Positions 29,203 through 39,563 of a DNA stretch of 54,934 bases are shown one piece after another; the stretch's first letter is position 1; each line of letters starts with the position of its first letter. The notes beneath the pieces were generated by a model. That model saw only the letters and a program-made list of their open reading frames with translations. It had not been told where the DNA came from and ran no database searches. The stretch covers positions 1 through 54,934 of the forward strand of contig JABHCP010000016.1 of NCBI GenBank assembly GCA_018673485.1, read 5' to 3'. The position numbers and the translations under genes were made by a program. The stretch comes from Candidatus Uhrbacteria bacterium. Its GTDB lineage: Bacteria > Patescibacteriota > Patescibacteriia > UBA9934.

Positions 29203-30405
29203 ATGATCCACACCATGCTTCTGACCCTGTGCCTCGCTATGTCCTCTGTGGCCCTTGGGCAGGAGGATGAGATGCCCGGTCAGCTCGACATCCAAGAGCT
29301 TGAAAGCGCACAACAGCTCGACCCGAGCCACGAAATCGAACCAGAACTCATTGCCGCGCTCGAAGAACGGGATCCGAAAACGTTCGCTCTGCTGGTTGGA
29401 ACTTCCAGCTTCCGGCACCTCGATGAACTTTCGCGACCCGACGCAAAAACGCTGTGTTTTGCCAGTGCGCTGTCGCTGTACAAATCGATCCCCACCGGAG
29501 ATGTGATCGCATTGTGCGAACCAGAGGACGCAATTCGGGCTCAGATCATCGCCTCGGCTACGCAGATTCGCGATCGAGCACAAGCGGGAGACACAATCCT
29601 GTTCGTATTCATCGGCCTAGGTGTCGGTAGCGACTTTGACGAGCCGACATTTTTAACCCATGACATGACGCCACTTAGCGACCAGCTACAAGCAACGTCT
29701 ATCGGGGTAGATGAAATGGTCTCAAGCCTACGTAAGGATAATGTAAAACTGATCATGGTGCTCGATGCCTCGATCGATGCTACCCTTACATTGAGCTCAG
29801 GTGGCACCCTTGTTACTACAGGCCCTATTGCCTCGAACATTTCAGGCAAACACCTGACAATCTCTTATAGTGCCAGTCCTCGTGAATGGCAACTGGATGA
29901 GAATTTGTTCGGCCGTACGCTAGCCGACGGACTCGCTGGCGCCTCTGACCTGGATCAGGACAGCCAAATCTCGGCCGCTGAGCTCAAGAGCTTCATGGTG
30001 ATGCAGATCGATGCGCACACCAGTAAGTCACTTGGCTTGCGTGGTGAGTGGAACGATTCGACCGAGCCGTTCCTGACGCTACCCACCCCCGAACCGATCG
30101 TCGAGGTCATCGAACCACGCTCCTGGCGTCCCAGTGCACCACCCGCAATGCGCAAGATCGTCATCATTGGTGGTAGCTCCATGCTCGCGACAGGTGCGGT
30201 GACCTACGCCCTGGCCTGGCGCTCACAAAACCAATTGGAAGATCTGCACTACAACAACCAGTCTGAGTACAACTCGATGGTGTCGCAGCGCAACGCACTT
30301 CTCTGGACCAGTCGTGGTACCGGCGCCCTCGGCGCTATCGCGCTCGGTGGAGGGCTCATCCTTCACCCGCAAGGTGCAACCGTGAGCGTCACCGCTCGCT
30401 GGTAA
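29203..30405 (+). CDS. Secreted caspase-like (peptidase C14 fold) protein, catalytic dyad apparently absent
   Basis: Signal peptide; TFALLVG, GDTILFVFIGLG (usually SGHG), IMVLDAS (usually DAC), LAGASDLDQDSQISAAEL; C-terminal Gly-rich hydrophobic helices. Confidence 0.7.
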   Translation: MIHTMLLTLCLAMSSVALGQEDEMPGQLDIQELESAQQLDPSHEIEPELIAALEERDPKTFALLVGTSSFRHLDELSRPDAKTLCFASALSLYKSIPTGDVIALCEPEDAIRAQIIASATQIRDRAQAGDTILFVFIGLGVGSDFDEPTFLTHDMTPLSDQLQATSIGVDEMVSSLRKDNVKLIMVLDASIDATLTLSSGGTLVTTGPIASNISGKHLTISYSASPREWQLDENLFGRTLADGLAGASDLDQDSQISAAELKSFMVMQIDAHTSKSLGLRGEWNDSTEPFLTLPTPEPIVEVIEPRSWRPSAPPAMRKIVIIGGSSMLATGAVTYALAWRSQNQLEDLHYNNQSEYNSMVSQRNALLWTSRGTGALGAIALGGGLILHPQGATVSVTARW

Positions 30406-30423
30406 CACCAAACTCGAACTCAA

Positions 30424-30465
30424 ACGCCCGGACTCTCACTCGAGAGGCCGGGCGCTGTTTTTTTA
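30424..30465 (+). terminator. GC-rich terminator
   Basis: CGCCCGG...CCGGGCG stem then CTGTTTTTT. Confidence 0.7.
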
Positions 30466-30487
30466 AAAAAATAATGGAAGGCTATTA

Positions 30488-30525
30488 ATTTTCATGATTG
30501 GTTCGATCGAACCAATCATGAAAAT
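30488..30525. repeat. Perfect 38-bp palindrome of the TTCA-N9-CGATCG family
   Basis: ATTTTCATGATTGGTTCGA|TCGAACCAATCATGAAAAT. Confidence 0.9.
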
Positions 30526-30572
30526 AATGTTTTTAAAGAGCCGTATTACGACGGCTCCATTATTCATATCAT

Positions 30573-32921
30573 TTATTCAATTATCTCATCCTCAAGTGGC
30601 TCAACTACCTCCTCACTCACCAGTCCAGCTTGAAGCCTTTCCAATCGCGAAATAATCAATTCGTTTTCTGGATTTTCAATTAACACAAATTGAATTTGCT
30701 CGATAGCTGATTCTAAATCTTCTTTCTGTTCAAATACTGATGAAAGGAACCAGCGAGCATTACTGTATTCAGGCGAAAGGTCGAGTACATACTCCAACTG
30801 AACCTGTGCTTGATCTAACTTTCCTTGTTGTAAATATAAAACTCCTAGTTGAAAGGCCAGTCCAGCGTCATATGGACTTACACTTTGTAATGCCTCCAGT
30901 CCCGCAATGGCGTCGGATAAGTTTCCCTGTCGCTCATATGCCAATGTTAGATAATACTGAGCCGTGGCATAGTCACTCTTTAGCATCAGCGCGCTCGTGA
31001 ATGCCTCGACTGCAGACTCTAAAACCTGAGCCTTTAAAGTTTGGGCCTGCTGCGCAACTTCTTGATCATCGCTCGTAGCTATCGCGCTGAGCAAATCTGA
31101 TTGCAGAATATGTGCACGTCCTAAAGATACGTAATAAACCGGGTTAGCCGGTGAAAGCGCGATTGCATTATTGTATGCGATAATCGCAAACTCATCAGCT
31201 CCGGCAACAAATGGTGTTACTTCACGATATACATCACCCAAGTTTGATTGATTTTTAACATCATTTGGAGAAAGCTCAACTGCCCTCTGCGCATAATAAA
31301 TTGCATTTGCAATGTAGCCTTGAACTGACTCGGGATTAACCTCTGGGTCCAAGAGCAACTCACCGGTTTTAATAAGCAATAGACTAGATAAATTGCGTGC
31401 GTAAACATCGCTCCATTTATTCAACTTCGTCGCGCTTACTAAATCTTCAATAACTTCATCAATGGTCTCGCCTGAATCACTACGAGCTACAGCCTGTGCA
31501 AATGATATATCAGCAGCATATCGTGATGTCGTGATGAATCCAGTTGTAATTACAGCGATGGCACAAACTATGAACATGAAGGAAACCGCAAATGCCGCCT
31601 TGGGTGTTTTTTTGTAGGTTATTAACTTCTCCTTAGTGAGTATCGCCCCGAGCATTGCAGCGCTAAAAATCCAAAACAATCCCAGAATAGTTATATTTGA
31701 TGAATAGAAAATCTGTGAAGTAGCCAGAACAATCCATGCCAGTGAGATTATAAAAACTGGCAACCACTTTTCATCATCCTTTGTTTTTAAAAGCCAGCTC
31801 ATCACCTTAAGTTTTATCCAAGAAATAACTATAAGGTACGTGATAAAACCAAACAGTCCCATTGTCGCTAATATTGTAAGGATATGACTTCCAGATCTAT
31901 TAAACGACAGGTTCCAAAAATCAGACTGGTTAACGCTCTCCAGCTTGTGCTGATTGTAATCGATTTCAAAAGTGCCAAGACCTGAACCGAAAATCCATGA
32001 TGTGCCAACAAGTGTTTCCTCGGCTATTTGGTAGCTAGACGAGTAAGTGGGTGCAATCTCAACTGGAAATACTTCACCCCCTGGCGTTGGTACAAAGGCA
32101 AAAAGCAATGATAGAACTAAAATCGTTACTGGTAACAATATCTTAGATAAAGTCACATGCTTCATGTCATGCAAGAGCATGACACTCATAATAATGGCTA
32201 TGCCGAGAATACTTAACGCCCACAAAAACCAATAATCAAGTCCGTAGAGAATTATAAAAGAAAAAACAATTACTGGAGCAGTGCAAAATGTTGCAAAGCT
32301 CGACATTGCCCAACGCTGCGTTTTTTTAAAATCCTTTTTCAAAAAATTCACACCCAACGCCATCACCAATGCCATCACTGCCAATACCCCAAGAGAATTC
32401 GGAGCTCCGATGAAATTCTCAGTAAACACATATATATCAAATGCAGATAGTGCACCAAACAATAGTATGAAGGCACTCACGATTAAAGTTAAATCTATAA
32501 CCTTAAATAAACTGCGTGTATCGTTTAAAGTATTTATTCCAACAATGAAAATAATAGCCATGGACAACCAAGACAATAAACTCATGTACTCTTGACCTGC
32601 ACCACCAAATAAACTTGTAAATGGAGCCAGGGAAAAGCATGTTGAAAGTATAGCTCCGAAAATCAACAGCACTACTCCAACATATAGCCCCGTTTTTTTA
32701 TAAGACAGGGACTTCTGCACTATGAAAGATGCCAGCCAAGATAGGAGTGCAAATATCGCGCAAAAGATCAGTACTGTTTGTTTGTTAATCTCCAGTGCAT
32801 CTGACGTCCATGGCAGATATGCCAAGGGAACAAGCACCAAAGCTGCATACAAAAAAAATCTTGCAGATTTTGTAAAAAATAAAACAAGACGATGCTCAGA
32901 GCGATGTAAAACATCCAACAT
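30573..32921 (-). CDS. O-antigen-ligase (Wzy_C)-like membrane protein with C-terminal TPRs
   Basis: Many TM helices, IFGSGLGTF periplasmic-loop motif, LATMGLFG; TPR repeats (AIALSPANPVYYVSLG). Confidence 0.75.
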   Translation of the reverse strand: MLDVLHRSEHRLVLFFTKSARFFLYAALVLVPLAYLPWTSDALEINKQTVLIFCAIFALLSWLASFIVQKSLSYKKTGLYVGVVLLIFGAILSTCFSLAPFTSLFGGAGQEYMSLLSWLSMAIIFIVGINTLNDTRSLFKVIDLTLIVSAFILLFGALSAFDIYVFTENFIGAPNSLGVLAVMALVMALGVNFLKKDFKKTQRWAMSSFATFCTAPVIVFSFIILYGLDYWFLWALSILGIAIIMSVMLLHDMKHVTLSKILLPVTILVLSLLFAFVPTPGGEVFPVEIAPTYSSSYQIAEETLVGTSWIFGSGLGTFEIDYNQHKLESVNQSDFWNLSFNRSGSHILTILATMGLFGFITYLIVISWIKLKVMSWLLKTKDDEKWLPVFIISLAWIVLATSQIFYSSNITILGLFWIFSAAMLGAILTKEKLITYKKTPKAAFAVSFMFIVCAIAVITTGFITTSRYAADISFAQAVARSDSGETIDEVIEDLVSATKLNKWSDVYARNLSSLLLIKTGELLLDPEVNPESVQGYIANAIYYAQRAVELSPNDVKNQSNLGDVYREVTPFVAGADEFAIIAYNNAIALSPANPVYYVSLGRAHILQSDLLSAIATSDDQEVAQQAQTLKAQVLESAVEAFTSALMLKSDYATAQYYLTLAYERQGNLSDAIAGLEALQSVSPYDAGLAFQLGVLYLQQGKLDQAQVQLEYVLDLSPEYSNARWFLSSVFEQKEDLESAIEQIQFVLIENPENELIISRLERLQAGLVSEEVVEPLEDEIIE

Positions 32922-32931
32922 ATAATTTTTA

Positions 32932-35900
32932 TTACTCAGCCGAAACCTCCTCTACAACTGCAGGGGGTTGGCTGTCTGATTCACTAACTTCTTCAGGAGC
33001 TGTCTCCGGCTCCGGTAACTGCTCGATAACTGTCTCAACGGCCTCTTCAGCTACTGGCTCCTCGATTACTTCTTCGATAATTGGATCTGCTGGCTCGGGC
33101 TGAGTTTCTTCTTCCGCGATCTCCTCGTCAGTATCAGTTTCATCATCCTGAGAATCAACAGCATCTTCGAATACGTCCTCAGCAACCTCTTCAGCTTCAT
33201 CAATTTCGTCAATAACCTCCTCAACCTCCTCTTCGACAACCTCCTCAACCTCTTCAGCTTCTTCCTCGATAATATCATCCTCGCTTGGATCCGCGATGTT
33301 ATCTTCTACTATTTCCTCTTCAGGTTCAAAGTCTTTATGGTAAGCGATCACAAGCCAATCGACGTTTACATGAGATACGCCCTCGGTATCACGAATGATG
33401 AATCCATCATTCTCTCTGTTTAATGCATAAAGCGAGCCTGTTGCATTGTGTGCGGTTAGGAACACTCGGTAAGGTGCGGTCAGTGACACGACGTCAGCAA
33501 AGCTCTCATCGAAATCATCAAAGAATACGTGCGCTCGGCCTTGATCAAGCTCGATAGTTCCTGAAAGCTGTATTGTAGTTTCACGCGCAGTTACAGCATA
33601 TGTTTCGATTGTCTCTCCACCATATGACTCAACCTCCTGCACGAATCGCTCGCCAGTTCTGAATGTTCCATCATCGTCAATTGACCATGCATCTCCTATT
33701 CCGGAGAGTGAACTTACGGAAATCAAACTTCCGCCGTTAAGATTCACAACACCTGAAAGATCCAAAGATGATGTAGGAATTAATGAGGTTACAGAATTGT
33801 CAGATATGTCTACGTCCTGACCGTCATAATACGAAGGTCGCACAAATACCGTTATTGATCCGGTGTCGCCCGCAAAATCATCCATTGCATAACCCACAAC
33901 TGGACCGGCGCTCGTTGCCTTCATCGCGTATCCAGGCATTGATGAAGTGGTAAGAGGATCACCAACTTGGATCGCTCCATTTTCACCACTTACATAAGTT
34001 GGAACACGTCCAGCAAGTGCTATTGGAACGTGACCATCGATATTTTCACCAGCTAAAAATCCAGGTTGAGTTGAAACTATACCTGCAATCTTGTCGTCGT
34101 ACGCTACTCCAGTTGAGCGCATGACAGACTCTTTATTATTTGAAAATACTACAACCTCTCCTGGCGCGACCGATTCAATTGATGGGAACATCTCGGCAAA
34201 GTCATATGACCCCGATCCCCAACCTGATGCATTAGTCCGCATAAAGTCACCACCAAGCCCAGTTGATCCATCGTAGTAAATATATTTATCAGTTTGAAGT
34301 ACACCTTGGTCTGACGGATAAAGCCTGCCAGACAGCGCCAAGTCTCCATCTTGATTCACAAAGGCTAATTCGTTTGAATCTTCATCCTCAATTGATAGCT
34401 TATACTCACTAGCGTCAGTGACGTGAGTCACAAACCCCAAAGAAACATCTTGCGCGCTCGTTCCATCCCAACCAGATCCACGCAACATAAGTCCGTATGA
34501 ATCCATTCCTTGAGTTGATACGCTCGCATTTCCAGTAGCACCTAACGCTAAGTCATCCGACACAAGTGTCATCGATCCTGAATCAGTCAAAACTCCAACC
34601 GCCTGCCAGGTTGGTTTAATGTAAACTTGAATTGCTCCAGTGCCTCCAGAGTGAGACTCCAAAGCTTGTCCTAAAACGTAACCAACGCCTGTTGCCTTTT
34701 TCGCCACCCCTGTGGTTGCGGAAAGTGTCACGTAATCCCCTGGCAATATCGCTCCACCCTCCATATTCACCGTAACTGGAACTTGACCGAGCAAAGCAAC
34801 TGGGACATGCGTGCCAGCATCTTGCCAACCATCGAACCAGTTACCAAGCGTATTAGGTGATACTGAATATGCACCAATGATTTTGTCAGAGTCTGACGCT
34901 AACGCAACATTGCCCAAGGAATCTAAACCAATCACATCTCCTTGAGTAAAACTAGATAGTGCTCCAGGGAAAAGCTCAGCGTAATCCGATCCTGGAGACG
35001 CATAGCTCACACCTCCACCATTACCTTCTATGGCACCTATCTGAAGCCCATCTCCATCCATAAGAGCAAGAAAATTACACGCCGTAGTCGGGTTGGTGTT
35101 CAAACATGCTTGGATTTTAATCCCCATGTTCGTATCTGCATTTCCACCGTTTGTAAAAGTCGCTATATAATCAGTAGTCCCGTTCGCGCTTACAACAAGT
35201 GGAATCTGATCTCCAAGTTGATTTATATTAATAGAAGCGCCGGTTCCTCCATTTTGTATATTTAGCACTGTACCGCCTGAACCCACATCATCCACCGCAA
35301 GGTGTGCCAAGCTTCCTGTCATGTCTGTACCACTGTCATCGCGCACAATATAAAGAGCGCTTCCCGATGTTAATGTCGAATTTTCAATATCAATCACCTT
35401 CCCACTTGTACTACCCGCACCATCTACTTCAAGTTGATCGTATACATACAAGTCTCCTGCACCAATCGCATTACCAGCAGTCGATGGAGTGATAGAGCTA
35501 TCTACATGAACGGCAGAGCCATAAAAATATCCCGCATAATTATTCGTTCCACCCGACGCATTACCACGAACTCCGTAACGAGTGACTCCTGCGGATGCAG
35601 AGAAATCTCCTCCATAAGACCTTGTCATTATTGTGCCAGTCGATGAAACAGTTCCCCAAACACCATATGCATCAGTAACAGTTCCGGCGCCACCAGATGT
35701 ACCACCATAAATACCGGCTGCGACGGGAATCGTAGCGCCTGCACCTGAACTAGTAGCCTGACCCCAAATTCCTAACAAAGAACCAGCAACTGCACTCGCA
35801 GCTGTTGAACTATTTGTCGCGCTTCCATTCACACCAACTAAATTTTGAACCGTCCCGGTGCTACTATTTGTCGCACCACCGATTAGGGCATGCGGCACAT

Positions 35901-36987
35901 AAGTTTCTCCCGCGCCTTCAACAGCCGTGTTTGTTATCGCAAACGATCCTTGGTTGATATAGTATTCTCCTGCACCACCAATAGCAGCGGCACTAACTGT
36001 GGAGGTTGCGCTTAATAGAGAGCTTGTCCCAGGTGCTGCCGAATAAACCGCTGTCGGGCTATGAATGATATCCGCGCCTGAGAATGTCCAATTGTCAGAG
36101 CTAAAGGCCAAACTAGCTGTGCCGCTAGAAGAGTCTTGGAATGTCAGTGTAGGATCTGCGGACGTATCTCCAAAATATATAACGTCAGTGCTGGTTGATA
36201 CTCCAAACGTTGATGCCGCGGCAGTAGCTCCTCCGACTGCAATGTCATCGGTTGAAGTAGTAAGGGCTACAACAGCTCCTCCGTCCGTCCAACCCGCGTC
36301 ACCTAAAAACGCCACTGTACCCGACTCGTCTTTGAAGGTAATAGTTCTGTTGGCTGTTGGATCAGCAAACGCAAATGATGTCTCCAGATTGTCTCCAGCG
36401 GATAGACCATCGAATGTCAACGGCGTTGCGCCAGTAAATAGCGCATTGATAAAATTATTTGTACCGGTAACTGTGTTGTCTGCAGTTAATTGAAAGAAAC
36501 TGGCAGAAGTAACACCGTCCAATGTATCGGCATTTGATGCATACGGCACAGCCGTGAACTGCTTAAGTGGAGTAAGTGCTTCACCTTCGATTGTTACCTG
36601 CAGATATACTCCTCCATTGTCACCAAATATATCAGCCGTGATCGCTGCATATGAATCAGTCGTATCTCCCAAGTCTTCAGAATACAATCCATCAGTAAGC
36701 GTTACGGTTTGCACTGTACTAGTTGCACAGGTTGAAGATGAGTTTGACCAAATACATGTATCGGTAGCTGCATCGTCACCATCAAAGAACTTAAAGACCA
36801 TATCAACTGAGGTATCTGAAATTGGCACCCCATTTGAATTCAAAATGCGCCCTTGATAAGAAATGATTCGTGGAGGTGCGGTGGCAGCTAAAGCTAACTG
36901 AGAAAAAACTCCGAAAACCATAAACAAAGCCAGCAAAAGCACTGTGGCCTTTTTTGTTTTTCTCCATCGTTTACTTCGCATCTTCAT
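32932..36987 (-). CDS. Large secreted surface protein with tail-fibre-like chaperone domains
   Basis: Signal peptide, PRIISYQGRILNSNG..VPYA N-domain, Gly/Ser/Thr-rich stalk, two D[YF]AE..VP[VI]AL.G.VP domains, acidic tail; start uncertain (36981-37017). Confidence 0.75.
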   Translation of the reverse strand: MKMRSKRWRKTKKATVLLLALFMVFGVFSQLALAATAPPRIISYQGRILNSNGVPISDTSVDMVFKFFDGDDAATDTCIWSNSSSTCATSTVQTVTLTDGLYSEDLGDTTDSYAAITADIFGDNGGVYLQVTIEGEALTPLKQFTAVPYASNADTLDGVTSASFFQLTADNTVTGTNNFINALFTGATPLTFDGLSAGDNLETSFAFADPTANRTITFKDESGTVAFLGDAGWTDGGAVVALTTSTDDIAVGGATAAASTFGVSTSTDVIYFGDTSADPTLTFQDSSSGTASLAFSSDNWTFSGADIIHSPTAVYSAAPGTSSLLSATSTVSAAAIGGAGEYYINQGSFAITNTAVEGAGETYVPHALIGGATNSSTGTVQNLVGVNGSATNSSTAASAVAGSLLGIWGQATSSGAGATIPVAAGIYGGTSGGAGTVTDAYGVWGTVSSTGTIMTRSYGGDFSASAGVTRYGVRGNASGGTNNYAGYFYGSAVHVDSSITPSTAGNAIGAGDLYVYDQLEVDGAGSTSGKVIDIENSTLTSGSALYIVRDDSGTDMTGSLAHLAVDDVGSGGTVLNIQNGGTGASININQLGDQIPLVVSANGTTDYIATFTNGGNADTNMGIKIQACLNTNPTTACNFLALMDGDGLQIGAIEGNGGGVSYASPGSDYAELFPGALSSFTQGDVIGLDSLGNVALASDSDKIIGAYSVSPNTLGNWFDGWQDAGTHVPVALLGQVPVTVNMEGGAILPGDYVTLSATTGVAKKATGVGYVLGQALESHSGGTGAIQVYIKPTWQAVGVLTDSGSMTLVSDDLALGATGNASVSTQGMDSYGLMLRGSGWDGTSAQDVSLGFVTHVTDASEYKLSIEDEDSNELAFVNQDGDLALSGRLYPSDQGVLQTDKYIYYDGSTGLGGDFMRTNASGWGSGSYDFAEMFPSIESVAPGEVVVFSNNKESVMRSTGVAYDDKIAGIVSTQPGFLAGENIDGHVPIALAGRVPTYVSGENGAIQVGDPLTTSSMPGYAMKATSAGPVVGYAMDDFAGDTGSITVFVRPSYYDGQDVDISDNSVTSLIPTSSLDLSGVVNLNGGSLISVSSLSGIGDAWSIDDDGTFRTGERFVQEVESYGGETIETYAVTARETTIQLSGTIELDQGRAHVFFDDFDESFADVVSLTAPYRVFLTAHNATGSLYALNRENDGFIIRDTEGVSHVNVDWLVIAYHKDFEPEEEIVEDNIADPSEDDIIEEEAEEVEEVVEEEVEEVIDEIDEAEEVAEDVFEDAVDSQDDETDTDEEIAEEETQPEPADPIIEEVIEEPVAEEAVETVIEQLPEPETAPEEVSESDSQPPAVVEEVSAE

Positions 36988-37052
36988 ACGTCCGACCTTG
37001 TATGCAGTGATGTACACAAGTGCTGACTTACGACGACGACATTATACCGCGT

Positions 37053-39563
37053 TTAGGATTGTTTTTTTAGTAATGTATCAACAGAAATTAATTCCGGTTC
37101 TTTTTTGCCTGACAAATCAATTTGTCCAACCTCCTGTTTTTCATATCCAGGCTTTTCAAAAGTCATGTAATACTGATTCGGGCCGGCCATAAACGCGTAC
37201 CGACCGGAGCCGTCCGTAATAGTAGACTCGATCAACTTATGAAACTTTGGCTCAAACAAACGCACAACGGCATTAGGTAGAGCTTTCTTTATACCCGCGT
37301 CACTTACTATTCCCCAACCTTTCTTTTTACGCCATTTAGTTAATAGCTTTGTGACTCCGTAAACCATCACGTGCACCGCAACCAATCCAATACTTACAAT
37401 TGACGGCTGTATAACTAGAATCACAAGCGCCATAATCAAACCAGCTATAGCTAACACATTCTGAAAAGTTCGCAAAAACCGTTTAAAGATGAGCTTTTTA
37501 GGCGCGTGGTACTTATCATCCTGCGATGGGTCGATCGGGATATTTGCCGCAATCACAACATCACCCTCTGTGACCTCTATTATTCCTTGCGTATATATAT
37601 CTTCGAACATTTCGTCTGCATCCGCCCCTTGCACGTACTCACTTGGAAAAACAAATCCTGCTTTCTTTACTTCTACTCTATATTTACCTGGCTTCACTCT
37701 TAGTATGTAGTTACCTGAGCCATCTGACACAGTCGTCTTTACCAACTTACCGCTTTCGGAATACAAACGAATGGTAGCTAAATCAATCGGCAGCTTTGTG
37801 ATGGCATTATAAATCGTTCCAATCCTTTTACGCTTTCGTCTTGCAAAAAATAGAATCGGAGAACTAAATAAATATCGCAAGAACGGAATCAAATTGAATG
37901 ATGAAGATAATACTCCGGCACTTCCGACCACCGTCGCAATAGCAACGGGCTTCGTCACACTCGCCGCCGCCTGAACAGCTGGAAGCTCTCTAACTTCATT
38001 TATCGTTTCAGCAAACACCACCACGGTATCAACCGCTGCCGTGACGGTGGTTACCACCACACCTTCAGGCTCCTCATCTACGACCCCAACAATTTCAATT
38101 GTTCTAACAACCTCAATTACCGGAGCTAAAACATTATTAGTTACACGGACAGTCACCTCAGCATCCTCATACCCATTCTTTCCGGCTGTTACCGTATACG
38201 TTCCATTAGGCACGTAAAAAGCAATTGCCCCGCTGCCACCTGAGAACGTTGGATTTGATTGCCCGTATGATCCGGCGTCCCATTGCACTCTTTCATCGCC
38301 ACTACCTTCATATATGATGACTACCACGTCTTCGACCCCCCGGCTCTCACCTTCAAGATCTTCATAAACCCAACCGTATTGGGCAACGCCCCACGACTGT
38401 ACATCAGTTACAACTTCGCCATCTGTATAATCAACAATTACTGTGACTACTTGATCATCTTTAGTCACTGGGATGATGCCTTGGTAAATACCATCGAGCA
38501 CTTCAGCGAATCCATACGTTGTATCGTCGACCACAACAATGACTTGATCAATTTCTTCAGGATCACCAACCGTCACCTCGACTTGGGCGTAAGTTCCAGG
38601 AATGAGGTCGTCTTGATCAATAAATATTTGCCCATTACCAACAGTAATTTGAGTATCGACCTCACGCTCAACAACCTCGTCAGGAACACCGCCTGAAGAG
38701 TCGGGATCATCAGGTGCCCCACTCGTATCTGAGTCAGTGCCATCGGTTGGCTCGCCATCATCAACAGGATCACTGTCGTCAACGGGATCTCCGTCGTCAA
38801 CTGGATCTTCGTCATCGATTGGGTCTTCATCGTCTACCGGGTCTTCGTCATCGATTGGGTCTTCATCGTCCACCGGGTCTTCGTCATCAACTGGATCTTC
38901 GTCATCGATTGGGTCTTCATCGTCTACCGGGTCTTCGTCGCCACCGCCGTCATCACCACCATCGCCAGGCCCAGGCCCAGGTCCACCACCACCAGATTCA
39001 GGAATGGTTGTGCTAACATTCCCATCATCATCTGCCACTATCGGGATTAGCACTGAACCAGAAAGTTCATTTGTATTTGTTTGCACCCACACAAAATATG
39101 TAGCAGCGCTTGATGGATTAGTAATCCTATTTGCACCTGATCCGCTAGAAGATGCATTGGATCCAATTTCAATAACAACCTCACTGCCGAGAACTACTGT
39201 ACCGCCATCTCCGGCACAAATTTCAAAAAGCAAACTTTGTGATGAGACGGAAAAGCCAACTTCTTCTGTGTTAGCGCAATCTGAAGCAGTTGTTAAATCA
39301 ATCGCGCCACTTGAAATGTCAATGTCATCTTCTGCAATTGAGGTGAGGTCGAATCCTGATGGGAATGTGATGGTGACAATGTCACTTTCTGGAATCGCTA
39401 CCGGCGTTGTAAAAACAAAACGGTGGTTTGAACCAGAGCTCGTTTTAAGAGATGTTGTTTGATCATACAAATCTGTAGGCGTTGAAAAAGCAAAAGCAAA
39501 ATTCGCAGGCATTATAAATGCCATGATCGCTAGCATTGAAAATATTCTAACTACGCTTCGCAT
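37053..39563 (-). CDS. Surface protein with DDEDP[VI] linker and carboxypeptidase-regulatory-like domains
   Basis: Signal peptide; SDGSGNY..PGKYRVEVKKAGF and TDGSGRY..KPGY beta-sandwich motifs; internal TM segments. Confidence 0.75.
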   Translation of the reverse strand: MRSVVRIFSMLAIMAFIMPANFAFAFSTPTDLYDQTTSLKTSSGSNHRFVFTTPVAIPESDIVTITFPSGFDLTSIAEDDIDISSGAIDLTTASDCANTEEVGFSVSSQSLLFEICAGDGGTVVLGSEVVIEIGSNASSSGSGANRITNPSSAATYFVWVQTNTNELSGSVLIPIVADDDGNVSTTIPESGGGGPGPGPGDGGDDGGGDEDPVDDEDPIDDEDPVDDEDPVDDEDPIDDEDPVDDEDPIDDEDPVDDGDPVDDSDPVDDGEPTDGTDSDTSGAPDDPDSSGGVPDEVVEREVDTQITVGNGQIFIDQDDLIPGTYAQVEVTVGDPEEIDQVIVVVDDTTYGFAEVLDGIYQGIIPVTKDDQVVTVIVDYTDGEVVTDVQSWGVAQYGWVYEDLEGESRGVEDVVVIIYEGSGDERVQWDAGSYGQSNPTFSGGSGAIAFYVPNGTYTVTAGKNGYEDAEVTVRVTNNVLAPVIEVVRTIEIVGVVDEEPEGVVVTTVTAAVDTVVVFAETINEVRELPAVQAAASVTKPVAIATVVGSAGVLSSSFNLIPFLRYLFSSPILFFARRKRKRIGTIYNAITKLPIDLATIRLYSESGKLVKTTVSDGSGNYILRVKPGKYRVEVKKAGFVFPSEYVQGADADEMFEDIYTQGIIEVTEGDVVIAANIPIDPSQDDKYHAPKKLIFKRFLRTFQNVLAIAGLIMALVILVIQPSIVSIGLVAVHVMVYGVTKLLTKWRKKKGWGIVSDAGIKKALPNAVVRLFEPKFHKLIESTITDGSGRYAFMAGPNQYYMTFEKPGYEKQEVGQIDLSGKKEPELISVDTLLKKQS
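38745..38940 (-). repeat. Coding 18-bp tandem repeat (about 11 x DDEDP[V/I])
   Basis: Visible in both DNA and protein, with synonymous variants between units. Confidence 0.9.

Noticed and set aside
38737-39462. 241-aa Ser-rich + strand ORF
   Set aside because: Antisense reading of the DDEDP repeat region
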